DNA of 64,000 nucleotides from Phoronis australis (taxonomy: Eukaryota > Animalia > Phoronida). Positions 22,801 through 37,800 of the stretch are shown here, one piece after another. Position 1 is the stretch's first letter; every line of letters begins with the position of its first letter. Position numbers and translations under genes: made by a program. The notes under the pieces are model-generated. The model made no database searches. It saw nothing but the letters and a program-made list of their open reading frames with translations, and was not told the origin of the DNA. The DNA is taken from NCBI GenBank assembly GCA_002633005.1, contig NMRA01000019.1, positions 1,065,942-1,129,941 of the forward strand, written 5' to 3'.

Positions 22801-25800
22801 TGAGGATGTGCGTATAATCCAAAATCAGTCATCAAAGAGACTGATAGCCAACTCGTTGCTGATCATTAACACAAATGACGTAACATACTCAAACCAAACC
22901 TTAAATTTAAAGAACTTCCAGGCAAATTTTTTCCTGGTTTTGCTACATCAGAATTTGGAATACCTACCCACCATTTACAAATTGGGAGTCAGAGCTAATG
23001 AATATTCAATAAACTGGACAGTGTCGCACAAAACTACACTAAAATATCCCACGAGTTTTTGCCTAGAATCTGTTTCAGCGCTGGCTAAATCACAACAAAA
23101 CCATGACAAGTGGTGTTCCAAGCACTTTGTCGTAATAGCGTCAACTTATTAAAGTGCAAAGACATTCAGAAATAAACAATTAAGCGAACCTCACACTAAA
23201 CTCTGACTAAACTTCGATAAAATTTCGACAAAAATTCAACTAAACTGCAAAATGATTCTGGCAAGAAGTTCACAGAGTACGGTTGGTAGAGTTTTGTCAA
23301 AGTCTGTTCAGTTTATTCTGAAAGCTTCTTTTCGTTATCCAGTTGCACATTATCTGAAACAGTTAAAACTGCATTTCCTCAGTATTTATGCGCCAAAAAC
23401 AAAATATGAAATAAGCCACTTTTATCTCATAAAATTAATGTATTCTTTAACACATACGACATAAAACCATCAGCAAATCAAATAAAAAATGCTTCATAAC
23501 TTTTTGGGGGTTGACCAACCTCAGAATTTGAAAATGGCGTATGCATGCATTGCCCGGGACTTTAGTCACCAGCTCATTCAGAAATAACTCAGAATCAGAC
23601 GAGAGTGACAATAAACCCCCCGAAGCATTTTCGTTTGGAATTCAACACTGACAACTAAACAACGGTGAAGGGTGAACAGCTCCTTAATTAACTCATTTCA
23701 ATTATGCGCACATATCTTAATAGTGAACAAAACACTATGATTAAAATTTAAGTCTGGAGGCGGAGCCTAATAACAGAAGCAGCGAAACTGTGCTGGACAC
23801 ACCCTCTGGCCTCACTTACTTATAGGAAGTGTCAGATTCTTGCTTGATTTGTGTAAGCGCTGTACTTGTTTTTAACCCATTTTTCAATGCCTCTTTTATC
23901 TGGTCCGATTCTGAAGTAAAAGAAAACAGCAATGAAGCAATTAGGGCAACAGAGAAAACAGGAAATAGAAGTATCACTCAGCAAGGGACTACAAAGAAAT
24001 ACTTTGAAAATGAGCATCAACAAATAATACAGCTCAATGTCATTGTTATCCAAACAGCATTTCAGCAGCCACACACTACAAATAGCGACGTCATCACATG
24101 CTTTATAGAAAAATACAAATTTATATAAAGAATATCAAAAACAGTTCCCTTTGAGTTGTTTTCCATAAACTTACCTGGAAAATATAATTATATATTCATT
24201 TTCCGTATTTTCATAACCAATCATCATCTAAACTTCAAATCCTTACAATCGCCGACTGAATGTTACAAGCCATTAACAGGGCATTCCTGCGCACCTTAAC
24301 CACACAGACAGATTTTAGGGAAGAGGAGAGCTCTGAGCAGCAACACCATAAACAGCTAAATCTTAGGAAACATTAGGTTGAACAAGAGAAATCTTATTTT
24401 CTCATATTTCACAAAGAAACAGCACCGATCCAAAGTAATCTTTTACCAAGCTCAAGTTCAAACCCGTACCTACGATCAAAGTCAGAAGTTGTTGAAAAGA
24501 AAAGAAAGAAGAGTTATGGCAATTATTTTTGTGCCAAATTGGTGACTTTTTACTGTAAAAACCTAGTCATCTGGAATAATATTTTAAAGCTAAATTTTCC
24601 AATTTGTGAACTTCCACTAAAGACTGGTTGAAGTTAATTGATTGCTTTTGAGGCTATATACACTGTCATCAATTTGACATTTTAACCTATTTGCCAACCT
24701 TTTAAAGCAACAAAATCCAGAGGTACCAGTCATGCCCCCACCCATCGACACCAGTTTTGCTTTAGGGCAGATAATCTCACTTCATATGACACGTACAAGT
24801 TGAACTTTACCTCAAACCACTAATTCTCATAATGAAATGCGTCCAATAGTTGTGCATGTGAAGATAAAAAAGCATGAAAAAAGTAAAGCAAGGCAAAGCA
24901 TTGAAATGTGCCCATGACTGCACCACAAGCGGTATACTTCTAGTTATATTTATTTAATTAGTAACAAAAATGGCTGCAACATGGTGTAGAAAACATCAAA
25001 TGCATCATTCTGAAAATGGGAAACGGTGTCATCTCCTGAAAAGATATCTATTTGCAAAACTTCATGAAAGTCCGCCACAGGAACTTAAAAGTTCTAAGCA
25101 AACACAAAAACTAAAATTGCCACTAGGGTTAGTTGGATGCGTCAAGAAATTTGCTGGCGCCATACCATTCAAAACAGGGAAGTGACCGCAAAAAAATTTC
25201 ACCAGCGGCCACGGAGGGGTTTTGGCGATACAGTACTAGTGGACGCCCGATGGACAGACAGGGCAGCATAATGCGCGCCATTATGTGAGTGTATCCCTGG
25301 AGCAGTTTGACAGACAACGAGGACAGCTCGTAAATAATACAAGAACAATGTAAAGCATTGAAATGAGCCCACGAATGCACCGGAAACGGTGTACTTCTAG
25401 GGGTGTTCATTTGTAACATAAGAATGGCCACTAGATGGCGCAAAATACATAGATTCCATCCGAAAACTGGTATGTGTCATCAAAGCTATTTATCAAATTT
25501 CATTACGAACATACATGCCAAATTCCACAACCATCCTTAGAGTGGTTTGATTGACAGAGGGGCAGACGCCAAATAACAAGACTCAAAAACAGTAAAAATG
25601 GCCACTAGGTAAAAGCAAAATACCACGAGTCAAAGCGAAAACCAGAGGATAACGTCAACTCACTAATAGATGCCTATCTGCCAAACTTTATGAAAATCCG
25701 TTGACGACCTTTGAAACTGAGGTAAAATTAAAAAATCAAAATTGCCACTAGGAGGCACACCGATAGTCGGATCAATCTGAAAGTCACTATAGTTTGATGT

Positions 25801-28800
25801 CAAGTTCATATAAATACACTTGTTAAATTTAATAAAGTTCCTTCAAAGGGTTTAGGATGTACAACCATGGGTGTAAAAAACTGCCACAAGGAGGACCCAC
25901 AGTTGTCAAGGACATCGGAAAATCATGGTCAGCTCTCCTCTTCAGATTAGGAACAAACATGCCAATTTCCACAATCATCCTTAAAGTGGTTTGGTTGACA
26001 GAGGGGCAGATGCCCAATAACACAGTCGAAAACAGTAAAAATGGCCACTAGGTGGTGCAAAATGCCTCGAATTCAATTGAAAACTGGATGATAGTGCCAC
26101 CTCACTAATATATGCCCATCTGCCAAATTTTATGAAAATCCATCGACGACCATTGGAGATAGAGGTAAAGGTAAAAAACTTAAGTTGCCACTAGGGGGCA
26201 CACCAGTAGTCCGATCCATCCGAAAGTCGTCGTCCTCTCTTGTCAACTTCATATAAATACACCAGCAAAATTCAATAAAGATCCTGTTGAGCCTTAAAGA
26301 GATACAGCCATGAGCACCACTGTCAGTAGTCAAAGTTGCCGGAAAATTATCGTCAGCTGCCCTCTTCGCAGTAAGAACATAGAAGTCAATTTTCTAAATC
26401 ATCCCTAGAGCGGTTTGGTTGATAGAAGAGTGGACGCCAAAAAAAAAACAGACAAGAAAACAGTGAAAATGGCCACTAGGTGGCGCAAAACACCTTGAAT
26501 ACGTCCGAAAACGGGAGGATGGCATCATCACACTAACTGCCAAATTTTATGAAAATCAATTGAGGACCTCCAAAGAAACTAAAATTGTCACTAGGGGGCA
26601 CACGGGTAGTCGGAGAGGTCCGAAATTCGTCGTCTTCTGTGGTTAGCTTCATAGGAACACATCCGCCAAATCTCATCAAGATCCTGTGAGGGTATAGAAT
26701 ATACAGCTGCAGATGCCGGATGCCCAGACAGAGACGACGGCAATATGCGACCACGGGTGCATAAAAAATGGCCACTAGGTGATGTGGAATACATCAAATC
26801 CAACCAAAAATGTGAAAATATCACAGTGTCCTTAATATTAAGTCCATTTGCCAAATTTTAAGAAAATTTGTCATGGAACTGAAAATACAGGCTTGGGGTA
26901 AACATAAAACCTTATAATTGCCCTGCAGAGCCAAAGTGGTGGTCAAATCCAACCAAAAAATATTTGTCATTCATTGTCACATTCACAGGAAAACACTTGG
27001 CAAATTCCACAAAGATCCAAGGAGAAACAAAAAATTGAAATTAACACTACTACGCTATGTGCAAGTTTAAACCAAAATACCCCAACACCGTGCCCAGCCT
27101 AATGCTTCCATGTGACCAGCGGTAACACAGCAGACTCGAGCAAATGCAACAACAAATTGAGGACTATTATCAAAAATCAATAGGTAATTACGGGCAATTA
27201 ACAAAGGTACGATAATTACTTGCTGCATCATAATGCCCGCATAATGGTTTAATAAAAAAACAGGTAATGAAGTGTGAAGGATCTAAGCATTGACTAGTAA
27301 TTAGACAGAAAGAATCATCGATGGCTGATAAATCAACAATGAGGTTCTAAACTTCAATCTCAGACTATTATTAATTTATAGAAAGCAAACTGTAAGTTAG
27401 TAATAGTCTGAGAACGATCCAAAAGCATTGACAGACATTTGCTCAGAGTATTGGTGACTGATCAGCCTCCATACGTTTTAGCGCAATAATCTGCTATGCT
27501 CGTATTTTGAGCCCTTGCTAGCCTTCAATGTTGACTGTTGCTCAAGTTCTTCATTTTTAGTCAGGGTATAAGGCAGCATATTTTTCAGAACGATGCCTAC
27601 TACAGTCAGAATCTTCCTTTTAACAACCAAAATCACTTCAATCGAATCAAAAGAATATACAGTCATTTTGAAAATGAGCATAAAGCTGAACCATCAGTTG
27701 TATTTCATAGCAGTAAATAATGGCATTATATTATCTCAGTCTAAAATAGACACCAGGTGGAGTAACTGAAGAAAATAGTCGAAGATCAATATGATCAGCA
27801 GTCTTTACAGCTGCAAGATGCCTGCAAAATCCTACTCGCCTACAATTTAACAGTTTTCAACTTTTGTTGATGAAATACAAAAGTAAAATGCCAAACCTAA
27901 AATTAGCAATTATAGGAGATGCACCTGTGAACAACCTGCCAAACATCGAAAGCAACCAATGTCTACTACACATCAGTAAAAAGCTTATGAAATTTCAGTG
28001 ACCTGTTTAACAGTTTTGAAATCGTGTTGCCGAGAACAATATGTTGCACCCATTCTACCACTCAAACCCAGCAATAACAAGATCCCTTCTCACTGGTGGA
28101 TCAGGGAACAAAAAATAAACAAACACTGAAGAAAGTGACTTCGACCAGTGAGAGTAGATTGCCATTAATTAAAATCTGCACAGTGCTTATTAACTAAATA
28201 TAAGACATCCAAAGTTGTGTACTATATTATAAAATCGTGTCGTGGAAAACCAGGTATGTAGGTGGCAGGACACGATTAGTCTGATGGCGGCGACAGAAAT
28301 ACGATTTTGCAGAAAGAACACACCGATAAAATTTGATTTTTATTTGCCTATTATTGGCCCATCAATAGACTAATTAGCCAATCAATGGTACCATTCTTTA
28401 CTCCAACTAATTAACTAATAATGCTCATCAATAGAACATCAATTAAACCTTTGTCAATGTTAAGCAGCACGTAAAATCGCCAACAGTTCCTCAGACACCA
28501 GGAATACCAAATTATGAATGCACTCCGCTAATAAAGAGGAATTAATTAACCTGACAATCAATTATCACACCAAATCAATAAATCCTGTCCTTTTTACACT
28601 GTGTGCACACACATCCCAAATACTAATAACAAACTCCACCATCAGCCATACGTTGAGTTTTCCCCATCCACACACAAGTGGTTACTCTTCTTTAACTTGT
28701 AATCAGAATTTGACCTTGACCTTCATTGCTTTATTTTTAACAAGTCTAGCATCCCACTACATGAACACTTTGTGGCATGACTTGACACCGACTCATTAAA

Positions 28801-31800
28801 ACAATATGAATCCCGTTCAATGAAAACTACAGACATACAGATGCCAAGACTCTATTCTCATCCACAGAAACATCAGTTTCTGTGCATTGCCTTATGCAAG
28901 AACACCAGTCAAGAACTTGGATGACTAGTCTTCGAGAAAACACATGATGCTGATATTTTACTGATATAATTGTGATTTGGTCCAGTATTGCCGACACCAG
29001 AATGCAGCCATGTAGTCCTTAAAGTCATTTAAAATCTACTTTCTCTAGGAACATGAGAAGAGCGTTGAGAGATCAAGAACACTAATGACAACATCCCACA
29101 AACCAGGCGTGCGTTCAGTAGACTTTAGGACCTATGCTAGGACATAGCTAAAGTCTAGTCAAGGTCACGTGTTCTCATTTAAAATACACGACAATATCTC
29201 ACATAATCTCGCGAAGTCTTGCTTTTTAGTGAGGTCCCAGCGTTACTGAACAGCAGGCAGGACAACTTTACAACATCGTAACTGGCAATATGCTCACCGT
29301 ACTGTGACAGGTTAGGCCTGTCAATGTCACTACTGCCCCGCCTGTCACCATCCGCCAATCGGTTTTCTTTATTCTCGTCGTCATTATGTGAATGGAAGTC
29401 GGACCTGGCTGGCTCCTCCCACGCACACCGCCCACTCACACCACTTAGGTTGGAGCCTTCATTTTCTATACCTTCATCAACTCGGTCCTATGGTGAAAGA
29501 TGTACCCATGCATTAAAAACAAGTATTCCGCAAACGCCATTATTGGAAAATAGTAAATAACTGATTAATAAAAATAGTAAATAACTGATTAATATTCAAG
29601 GGATAATGAGACTAAAAGCAGCTGAAAGCTTGAACACTTCAACCTCTCTGACAATGCTGTTCATGTCATACCCTTTAACATATGATTCCTCGTAAGAGCC
29701 CCAATTACCAGAGACATTAAATGATTGAAAGATCTAAGGTGTTAAAATGAATGCGTTTCTCAACATCAATTTTTAATCTTTGCTTTTTATTTCTAGTATT
29801 TTAGACAGTAAGCAAGAACAACACTTCTATACATTAGACTTTTCAGATGCTCACCAAGCATTCTCTGTCTGCGAATACCATATAGCATAAAAAAACTTGC
29901 AATGCCTCACTGTGTTATATCAATGCTCTACACATTGAACCATACAGATAATCACCTGTAAATGTGGGTCTACTTCAAAAACAGTCTCGCCTCGCCTCAT
30001 GTCTGTTATTAGCCACTGACCACCAGCACTGCAAACGATCACAGAAAGACGTCAGTGTGTAAATGCATTTTTACAATTCTCGATTGCACAGTTCTTTTAC
30101 ATTTATCATTATGTTCATTATGTGGGGTCAAAGTTCACGCCGTGCCCACCTGTAATGTATAGTGAAACTCAAGGAGGGAAACAGCAGAAATCCAAGGTTA
30201 CAGAACAACCCACAGCTCACTTACATGGGAAGGGTTTTTAAAAGCTCTATTATTCCTGGTCCATTCCAATGCTGGGCAGCTTTTAACTCTTCTGAACACA
30301 CACCAACTATCTGAAAGTAATTTAAATCAATGCTCAACATCCTTCCAGCAAAGTCGACACAAAAATACCCCAAAAAAAGTCAATTAGCAAAACATTCAGC
30401 TTCGTATTATCATTGAGTATTCCATATGAACTGCACAAATTTATCTAATTTGGTCAGGGCATTGTTTTGAATGTAAATACTGATATGTAGTCTGATGTCT
30501 GAACAGAGATAAGTTAAATGTCAGTAGCTGGATTTAGCTCTATAGCCACTATTTGGTGATGCTAAAGGTTTTCACGAAACAAGTGCACTAAGGCCAATTG
30601 TGTCCAGGACACGCAATGATACTTGTGAGACATCGTCATAACGCCAACTATGGACCCGCTTCACGGAAAGTGACTTAAGACTGAAGCCAGAAATTGTGCC
30701 TCATTCAGCGTTCACATTCCTTGCGATATACTTTCTGAAAGGAAGGCTAATTCACCATGTAAACGATCCTCGGACGTCATATTCTCCAACCCAAATCAGA
30801 CGGCAGATCTGCCTTCTTACTATCAGAAGCCCACATTCTAATGGTTACTAGACTCTGGTGATTGCACATGATTGGCCAGAACATCAGCATTTGCAAATTC
30901 ATGCAAAACCAATTACTCGTCAGACAGCAGACAGGATGACTTTGTGAAAGCTCATTTGAAGTGTCTGTACTGTCTGCCTTCTTACAAATATTCCACATCT
31001 GAACCCTCTTACTTCCATATTACTGAAAAAGGGTTTCCCATGTAACTGCCAGCACCTCACAGTTGAGCAATAATTTATTCTAACTGCTTGAATCCTATAG
31101 CAAGCATAGGATAGTGTATTGTGAGAGACATTCTACTTAGGTAACATGGGTATAAATTATTTTTTGGAAATGGTTATTTGGAGTGCATGACAAATTTTCC
31201 GACTTAAGCTCAAGGTCACCTTTCATGACACGGATGTTGGATGTTGGCTAATGCCATGGATACTCCAATGTGAACTTTTTTATAATGTATTGAAAGTTAA
31301 ATTACTGAGAAAACACTTTTCATTTCCTCACCATTTCCGTCAAATCTGTTGTTATCATATCAACTCTGTCTTACAAATTCCCAATAGTTGCTTATAATTC
31401 CCAACAAAAAATACTTCAACCCAGTGCTGAAGTGGGGCGTAGGCGCATGTAGGCGCAGCCAACCACCTTTTGGCATTTGAACGTAGTGCCTACGCACCGT
31501 AAGTTACGTTCAGTGTTCAATGTAATACGGTGGGCTATGGGCACCTACTTACCTCTTATTTTACTACTACAGCACTGCTTCAACCTTCAGTCAAATAAAA
31601 GAGACTTAGACTGATTGCACTGGAAAATACATATTTCTAAATGTTTTTTCTCAAGAGTTCAAGGGATGTTTAATTATTTACCTGGTTGAAGGAATGATTG
31701 TACGTTTTGAAATCAAACAGATGCTGCAGTGCCGTGCAGTTACCGACGAATAAAAATATAAAAAAGTAAAACTAGAAACTAAAATGACGAGCGTCGGTAC

Positions 31801-34800
31801 TAAAATATATCAAAATATCCCCACGTATCGAGCGATGCGCTCGTTCTCAAGGGTGTGCTACAGACTGCTCATTGTACTTTTTGTTAGACAGCTTAACACA
31901 TACTAGCTTATATTCTACAATCTCCTGTCATCAGCCACGATAAACCTATGATGAATGAGTAGCTCAAGGGTGTGTACCACACGCTGCCTCTGTTCCATTA
32001 GGCTTGCAGGCTTCCTACTGTGTGATACAGTCACATTCTCTGCTTGTACTACTATGTGATACAGTCACATTCTCTGCTTGTATGCCTCTCAAAATGCTGT
32101 CACTGTTTATTTCACTTCTTTCTAATTCATTTCACTTATTGCCTGATGTTGAGACATGTCGTCTCGAAATATAGCAACTATTTTAACTTGCCTCATAACT
32201 GCAGGTCTGATGATAGCAGATTGTATAGAGACTATGAGCGAGTATATATTGAGCTGTTTGACAAGAAGTACAGTCGTGCCTTCAACCAAGTTTGTGCCAA
32301 TGAAGGGCTGCTATCAAACTATACCTGAAGAAACTGGACATATCCTAACTGTGTGTTAAGTACAGCAAGTTGAACGTCATCTGTAATCAGCATATGTTGT
32401 ATTCGCGATTCAGTGCCATCTAGCGGACTATGCCATGAAATGTGGTCTCCGCTGCACAGGGTATTTTCTGAAAAGCATAAAGGCCACAGCGTTATCATTC
32501 TGAGAGGAATTTTAGTTTTAAAAAACTTTGAGAAGAAAACCAAAAGTTATCTCTTAGAAAATTACAAAAATTAATTACTACATAAAATCAAAATCCTGGC
32601 AGAGTGCATTACCCCATAAATTGTGTTTACACAAAATCTGTGAGGGAAATGACTCTAAATAATGACAGGTACACAGAACAGTGGGACTCCTATCAAGGTT
32701 ACGTAGAACCCTACAGAAACGTGCAAATTTCACTAATTTTGGTACGTCATACCTCAGAAATGACAGATCAGACTCATTTGGAATTCTCAAACTATGCTTC
32801 ATGCTTGTGTGGCGGTGGGTGACTCCTGCACAGTGCTTGTAATTCTCACCATATATGTTAACATATGGGTCACTTGAGGTTTGTATACTGGCAATTGTTA
32901 AGTAAATTTGACTGTGTTTGACACAGGTTGTGGCCAGCTGCATGTTGGCAGTTCTGGTTCAGGAGTGAAATAACTTAAAGGTAATGGTGTACCAGACTAC
33001 GATGCTCTGTTTGCCTAACTTCAATCTGAAGTTAAGGAACAACCAAATTTATCGTTAAACGTCATGTTTCTCCAAAACGTTGCGAGGAATTGTTTTCACG
33101 ATGTTCCTTTTTGTATGAAAAAGATTTTTGAGATGTTTATGAAGAAAAATATCGCAGTTCCCATCAAAACAAAATGATAATTTTGATAATTGTAACAACC
33201 TTTTTGAGACTTTACCTTGAATATTTACAGCAAATGAAATTTACCAATGTTCTTGAAACCGTTGTTTGGAAAAATTGGCTAAATTTTACTAAAAACACCT
33301 GGTCATGTAACCCAATTAAAGGCAGATAAGTATAAAGTCAAAAAATCAAATTCTAAAGACTTTCAACCATCAGAATATCAAAACCTTTACGGAGTTAAAA
33401 TCTAGTTTTTAACATAATTGGTTACATACACACACTTGTAGACAAGGCGAAAGTTGACAAGAGTGAGACACTATCTATGACATCACTATCCATATTGGCC
33501 AGTATGAGAAACAGTAGACTAACCTGATTGGAACACGTATCTCGCCAGGGCCTGCAGGAGGGCGGCAGGCCACGTGGGTGGTGCTGTCTCTCCAGACTCC
33601 CTCTTTAGGCGGAATGTCAGCTCGAAGCCGAACCCACTCGGACCGTCCATTCCCTTCGTTCTGAAACATGAACAATTCATGTTGTGGAAAGTGATTCCTT
33701 AATGTTTAAATTGAAAAATATTTTCCATGAAAGAACATCTTTTCACAACACCACACCCTGTTCAACAATATTCTCAGTCACTGAGTTTCAACAAACAATG
33801 AGCTTCTCAAATATTGTTGGCACCCATGCCAAGAGAAAAATGCAGAAAATGAAAAAAGGGGCATTTCGCTATTGTTTAGTTGTGAATCAATGTTTAATTC
33901 TTAACCAAAGCCTTTTGAGGTTTAAAAGCATTGACACACTGATCCAATCTTGAACTGTTTCCACAGTGTGGTCAGCCTTGAGAAAAGAAAATAGTAATTT
34001 TGACATAGGAATTGAAGAGAGGTTACAGTCTGTAGCATTTAATACAGTGTAGCACAGATGAAAGTAATATTCACGAACCTAAATACTACTTGTATGTATT
34101 TTTCCTGAACCATATACACATTGTCAGACACAGCAAAGACTTTAGGAATCCCAAGACTCGACATGACGAGTTTCAAGTTTCATTTGCAGCCTGCAATTTG
34201 GAAATGTGAGTGGAGCTTTGTCAACTCGTATTCGTTGCACGTCAGGCATTCCAACTCCTGCAAGCCAAACTGCCTCCGCCAAAAATGCCCCAAGAGGGTT
34301 TTTGTCAACTGGGAAAATATGGGCCTCACAAAATGGAAAACTGCCACAACATTTTTTGTATTTTGATCATTAAGGTTGTCAACCTGAGATTTATTAATTA
34401 TGTGCCAGCTGGGACTTTGACAAGGTTGCAAACGACAGCCTAGTAATTTGCATACTGTCCAGGGCTTCATCCTATTCTAATTACTTATTGGTAAAAATGT
34501 TTGATGGTAAGACCAGACTACTCATCTTTTACACTGAAAAACAAAAAAGCAAAGTATGTTCTCGCCAATTAAAGAATCATTTTCATACAACACAGACATT
34601 TCAAAAATCAAAATCAACCCACTATTGCGAAAAATTGAGCTTGTGAACAATCAGCAGTAAGTAGGTTCAGAACAATTGGCATGAGAAGTGAAGAAATCAA
34701 ACCAACCCATCCAATATGCCATCTGGACCCTGTTACAAATGTAGATCACTGCATCTAACACAATGCAGCACAAAACAAGATCTTCTCCAGACCACCCATT

Positions 34801-37800
34801 TGGCACCATTTATGATTGCCATGGAAACCTGCCATTTGAAACTATGTAAATACCTTAAAGTCATGTCCAAGTATTATTTTCGAGTCCCAGTGATTACGGT
34901 CATTAAAGCTATTTATAAGGATGGTCTCGGCAAAAGCGGTGACACTACAGTGATTAGAAGTCACTGAGTATTTTTGATTCTTTAAAAAGAATTGCTGTTT
35001 TCTGTAAGTTACTCAAGTCTAAGCCCCAATATACCAATCAAAAATTTAATAAAATCTTTCAAACCGGTTAGTACGAAAAATGAGCAGATACACATTATGA
35101 ACTGTACTTCTATTCATGGTATACCGTATTGTGTAATCTAACACACGCTACTTGATCTGACAATGAAATACAACCATCATACACCATGGATTGCAAAACA
35201 CACACAAGAAAATCAAGTACGCAATATTAACATTAAAGGCAAAACATTCATTTGTCACAGGGTGACTAAGCTGACTTATGTCACCACAAGGCAGGGATAT
35301 TCCTGGACTGCGCCTTTGCGCTATTAAGCATATGAAATACAGCTTTGCGCCAATGTGGGTAAAAAACTGACCAGATAAAATCTGACATGAAATTAAAAAC
35401 TCCACTCTTCCTTGAGTAAACTAAATTATTTGCCAATGTTGGAAAAACTGGCATTCTACCATTATTCTGCTGCTAAAATTGTGATCCGATTTTTGCTTTG
35501 GCTTTCCATGCCACGAAATATTGCGTCACCTTTTGGTCAATTTCTTTTTTTACCGTGATCTTGAAAATGATGTCAATGATACCAAAATCAACAGGCGCCT
35601 GCAGACGTCCAACATACAACTTGATGCTAAATACTAACACACTTCTTGAGAGATTGCGCCAACATTGTCCAAGTTAAAATTCCATTTTTCTGCTGTGAAC
35701 TTGCACCTGATGTCAAGGTCACCATAATTGAATGGCGATTGGAGACACTGCACCAATATGTTGGCAAAAAACACAAACATCTTCCGTGTTGTCAAAATAT
35801 GAATAAAATCTGAAGTTTAATTCACAAGATTAAAATTTGATTTTCTAGCAATGACCTTGAAAATGAAGCTTAGGCTACCAAAATCAACAGGCGTCTGGGC
35901 GTGCTCCACCTTGGAAGGGCCACCAATACTACTAGCAGTCAAATTTTAGCAGAGGCATTCCCCACTACTTTTGTGCTCTAGAACAACAATTCTCAAATAA
36001 TTTTGCAGAAAGACAACTGCCAAAATTGCAATTTATCAAAGACTGATTGCCCAGACGCAAATCATGCCAAAAGTTATTTGATTCATAACGTCTACACAAT
36101 ATAAACAGTCATGTACAAATCATGCTAGTACTAGGTCCAGAAAAACATTCTTATTTTGTGGGGAAATAACAAAAAACTTACACTTTCTGGCCATACTGTG
36201 CATTAAATAAGAGAAGAATTAAAGGAACAATTGTGAAGATACGTTCAGCATATTACAACTCAGAGACCACCAAGCTAATTTTGTTAATAATGTTGATGAC
36301 AGGGACTTCGACACTTCAGTTTTGGGGCCAAATATCCACTTCGCTGTCCTATCAAAACTAAAAATATTTAAAAATCACAGGAAATTCACCTTCTCAGGCC
36401 CCAAAAATTCACCTTCAATGGGGGATCCAGGGAGATTTCTACTCAAACAAAAATTCCCTTCTCAGAAGCCATAGGCAGCTTTCCGCTCAGGTGAACATGG
36501 GCCAGGGAGAAACTCAGAAGCAAACACAAGATTTACGGTCATTACCTTAGCCTAGTTCTTCCAACCACCTCAACAAGCCATTCTCGATGATCCGTGTGTG
36601 GTAAACAAGGTGTTAATTTGTTCAAGCCAACGTCATTACTGATAATAGACCCACAGGAAGTTAATTGGACATCGGGTTTTCAAACATATGCAGAGCTGTT
36701 GCTCCTTTTGAAAACAAGTGTTGGTTGAGGAAAACAAACAATTTGCATTGGGTCTTTATCACACATAAAAAGACAGCATAAATTTTACAGTCAGACTGGT
36801 GCTGTAAGTTCTCCAGAAGCACCATTGATCTTATTTTGCGTTCTCATTACGGGAACTTCAGTTTACTGAAGCTTCGCTAAAACTTTGCTAACCTTTTCCA
36901 CTAGACAGCAATATCATTTGAAGTTATCACTAGACACTGAAGTGATTGGAGTAAACACCAGATAATGCAGTTCATTCTACTCTCAAAGAACTGTTGAGTG
37001 GTGGATTCGAGGCTAACTGAATTGTTCTCCCACCATTTAGTTTTTAAATTAAAATGATCAGGCTGCATCAGATGTGTATTTCCTTGGAATATCTCATTGA
37101 GTCTCACGTAATCATATATTGTTGCCACTTACTTCGCAGAAGCTTTGCTTTGAGCTTTCACACTATACCAACGTGTTGGTGAGTTCCGAAGTTTCACTTG
37201 CAGTTTAATTACGGGTGTTAACCTTTCCCGTTTTCAGCGAAGTTTCACCTCTAGTGGGAAAGCACTTCAAGTCTCAGTTGAACAACTTATATTCCTGGTG
37301 GTTAAAAACTAGTAAAAACTGCATGTTCTTTCAAAATGAGTGAACAAACTACAGGAAAGTAAATGTTATAATCCTGATGGCTAAGAAACATGATTTCAAA
37401 TTCTGAACACAGCTCCATATGTTGTTAGGTAGATTTTCAAAGACAAAACACTCAGCTATAAATACACAAATCTGAAAAACAACAAGTTGCAAATCACCAC
37501 ATGCCAAGTCGTATTTTAATTCCTGTCCATACAATAAAGCAATGCTGCATAATTATGTACAGTCAATTTATATGAAAATGCTGGATGTGGTATGACAACA
37601 GGTATTTCATTGGGAATATTTTTTAAAGAGCAACTAAAAGCAAGACCGTAGCATTCTCTTGGAATACTTTTTAAAGAGCAACTAAAAGCAGAACCGTCGA
37701 GTTCTCTTAGAATACTTTTTAAAGAGCAACTAAAAGCAAGACCGTAGCATTCTCTTGGAATACTTTTTAAAGAGCAACTAAAAGCAGAACCGTCGAGTTC

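Noticed and set aside
29547-29595. Short tandem duplications (24 bp here; ~34 bp at 32016-32082)
   Set aside because: Ordinary two-copy slippage duplications in introns.
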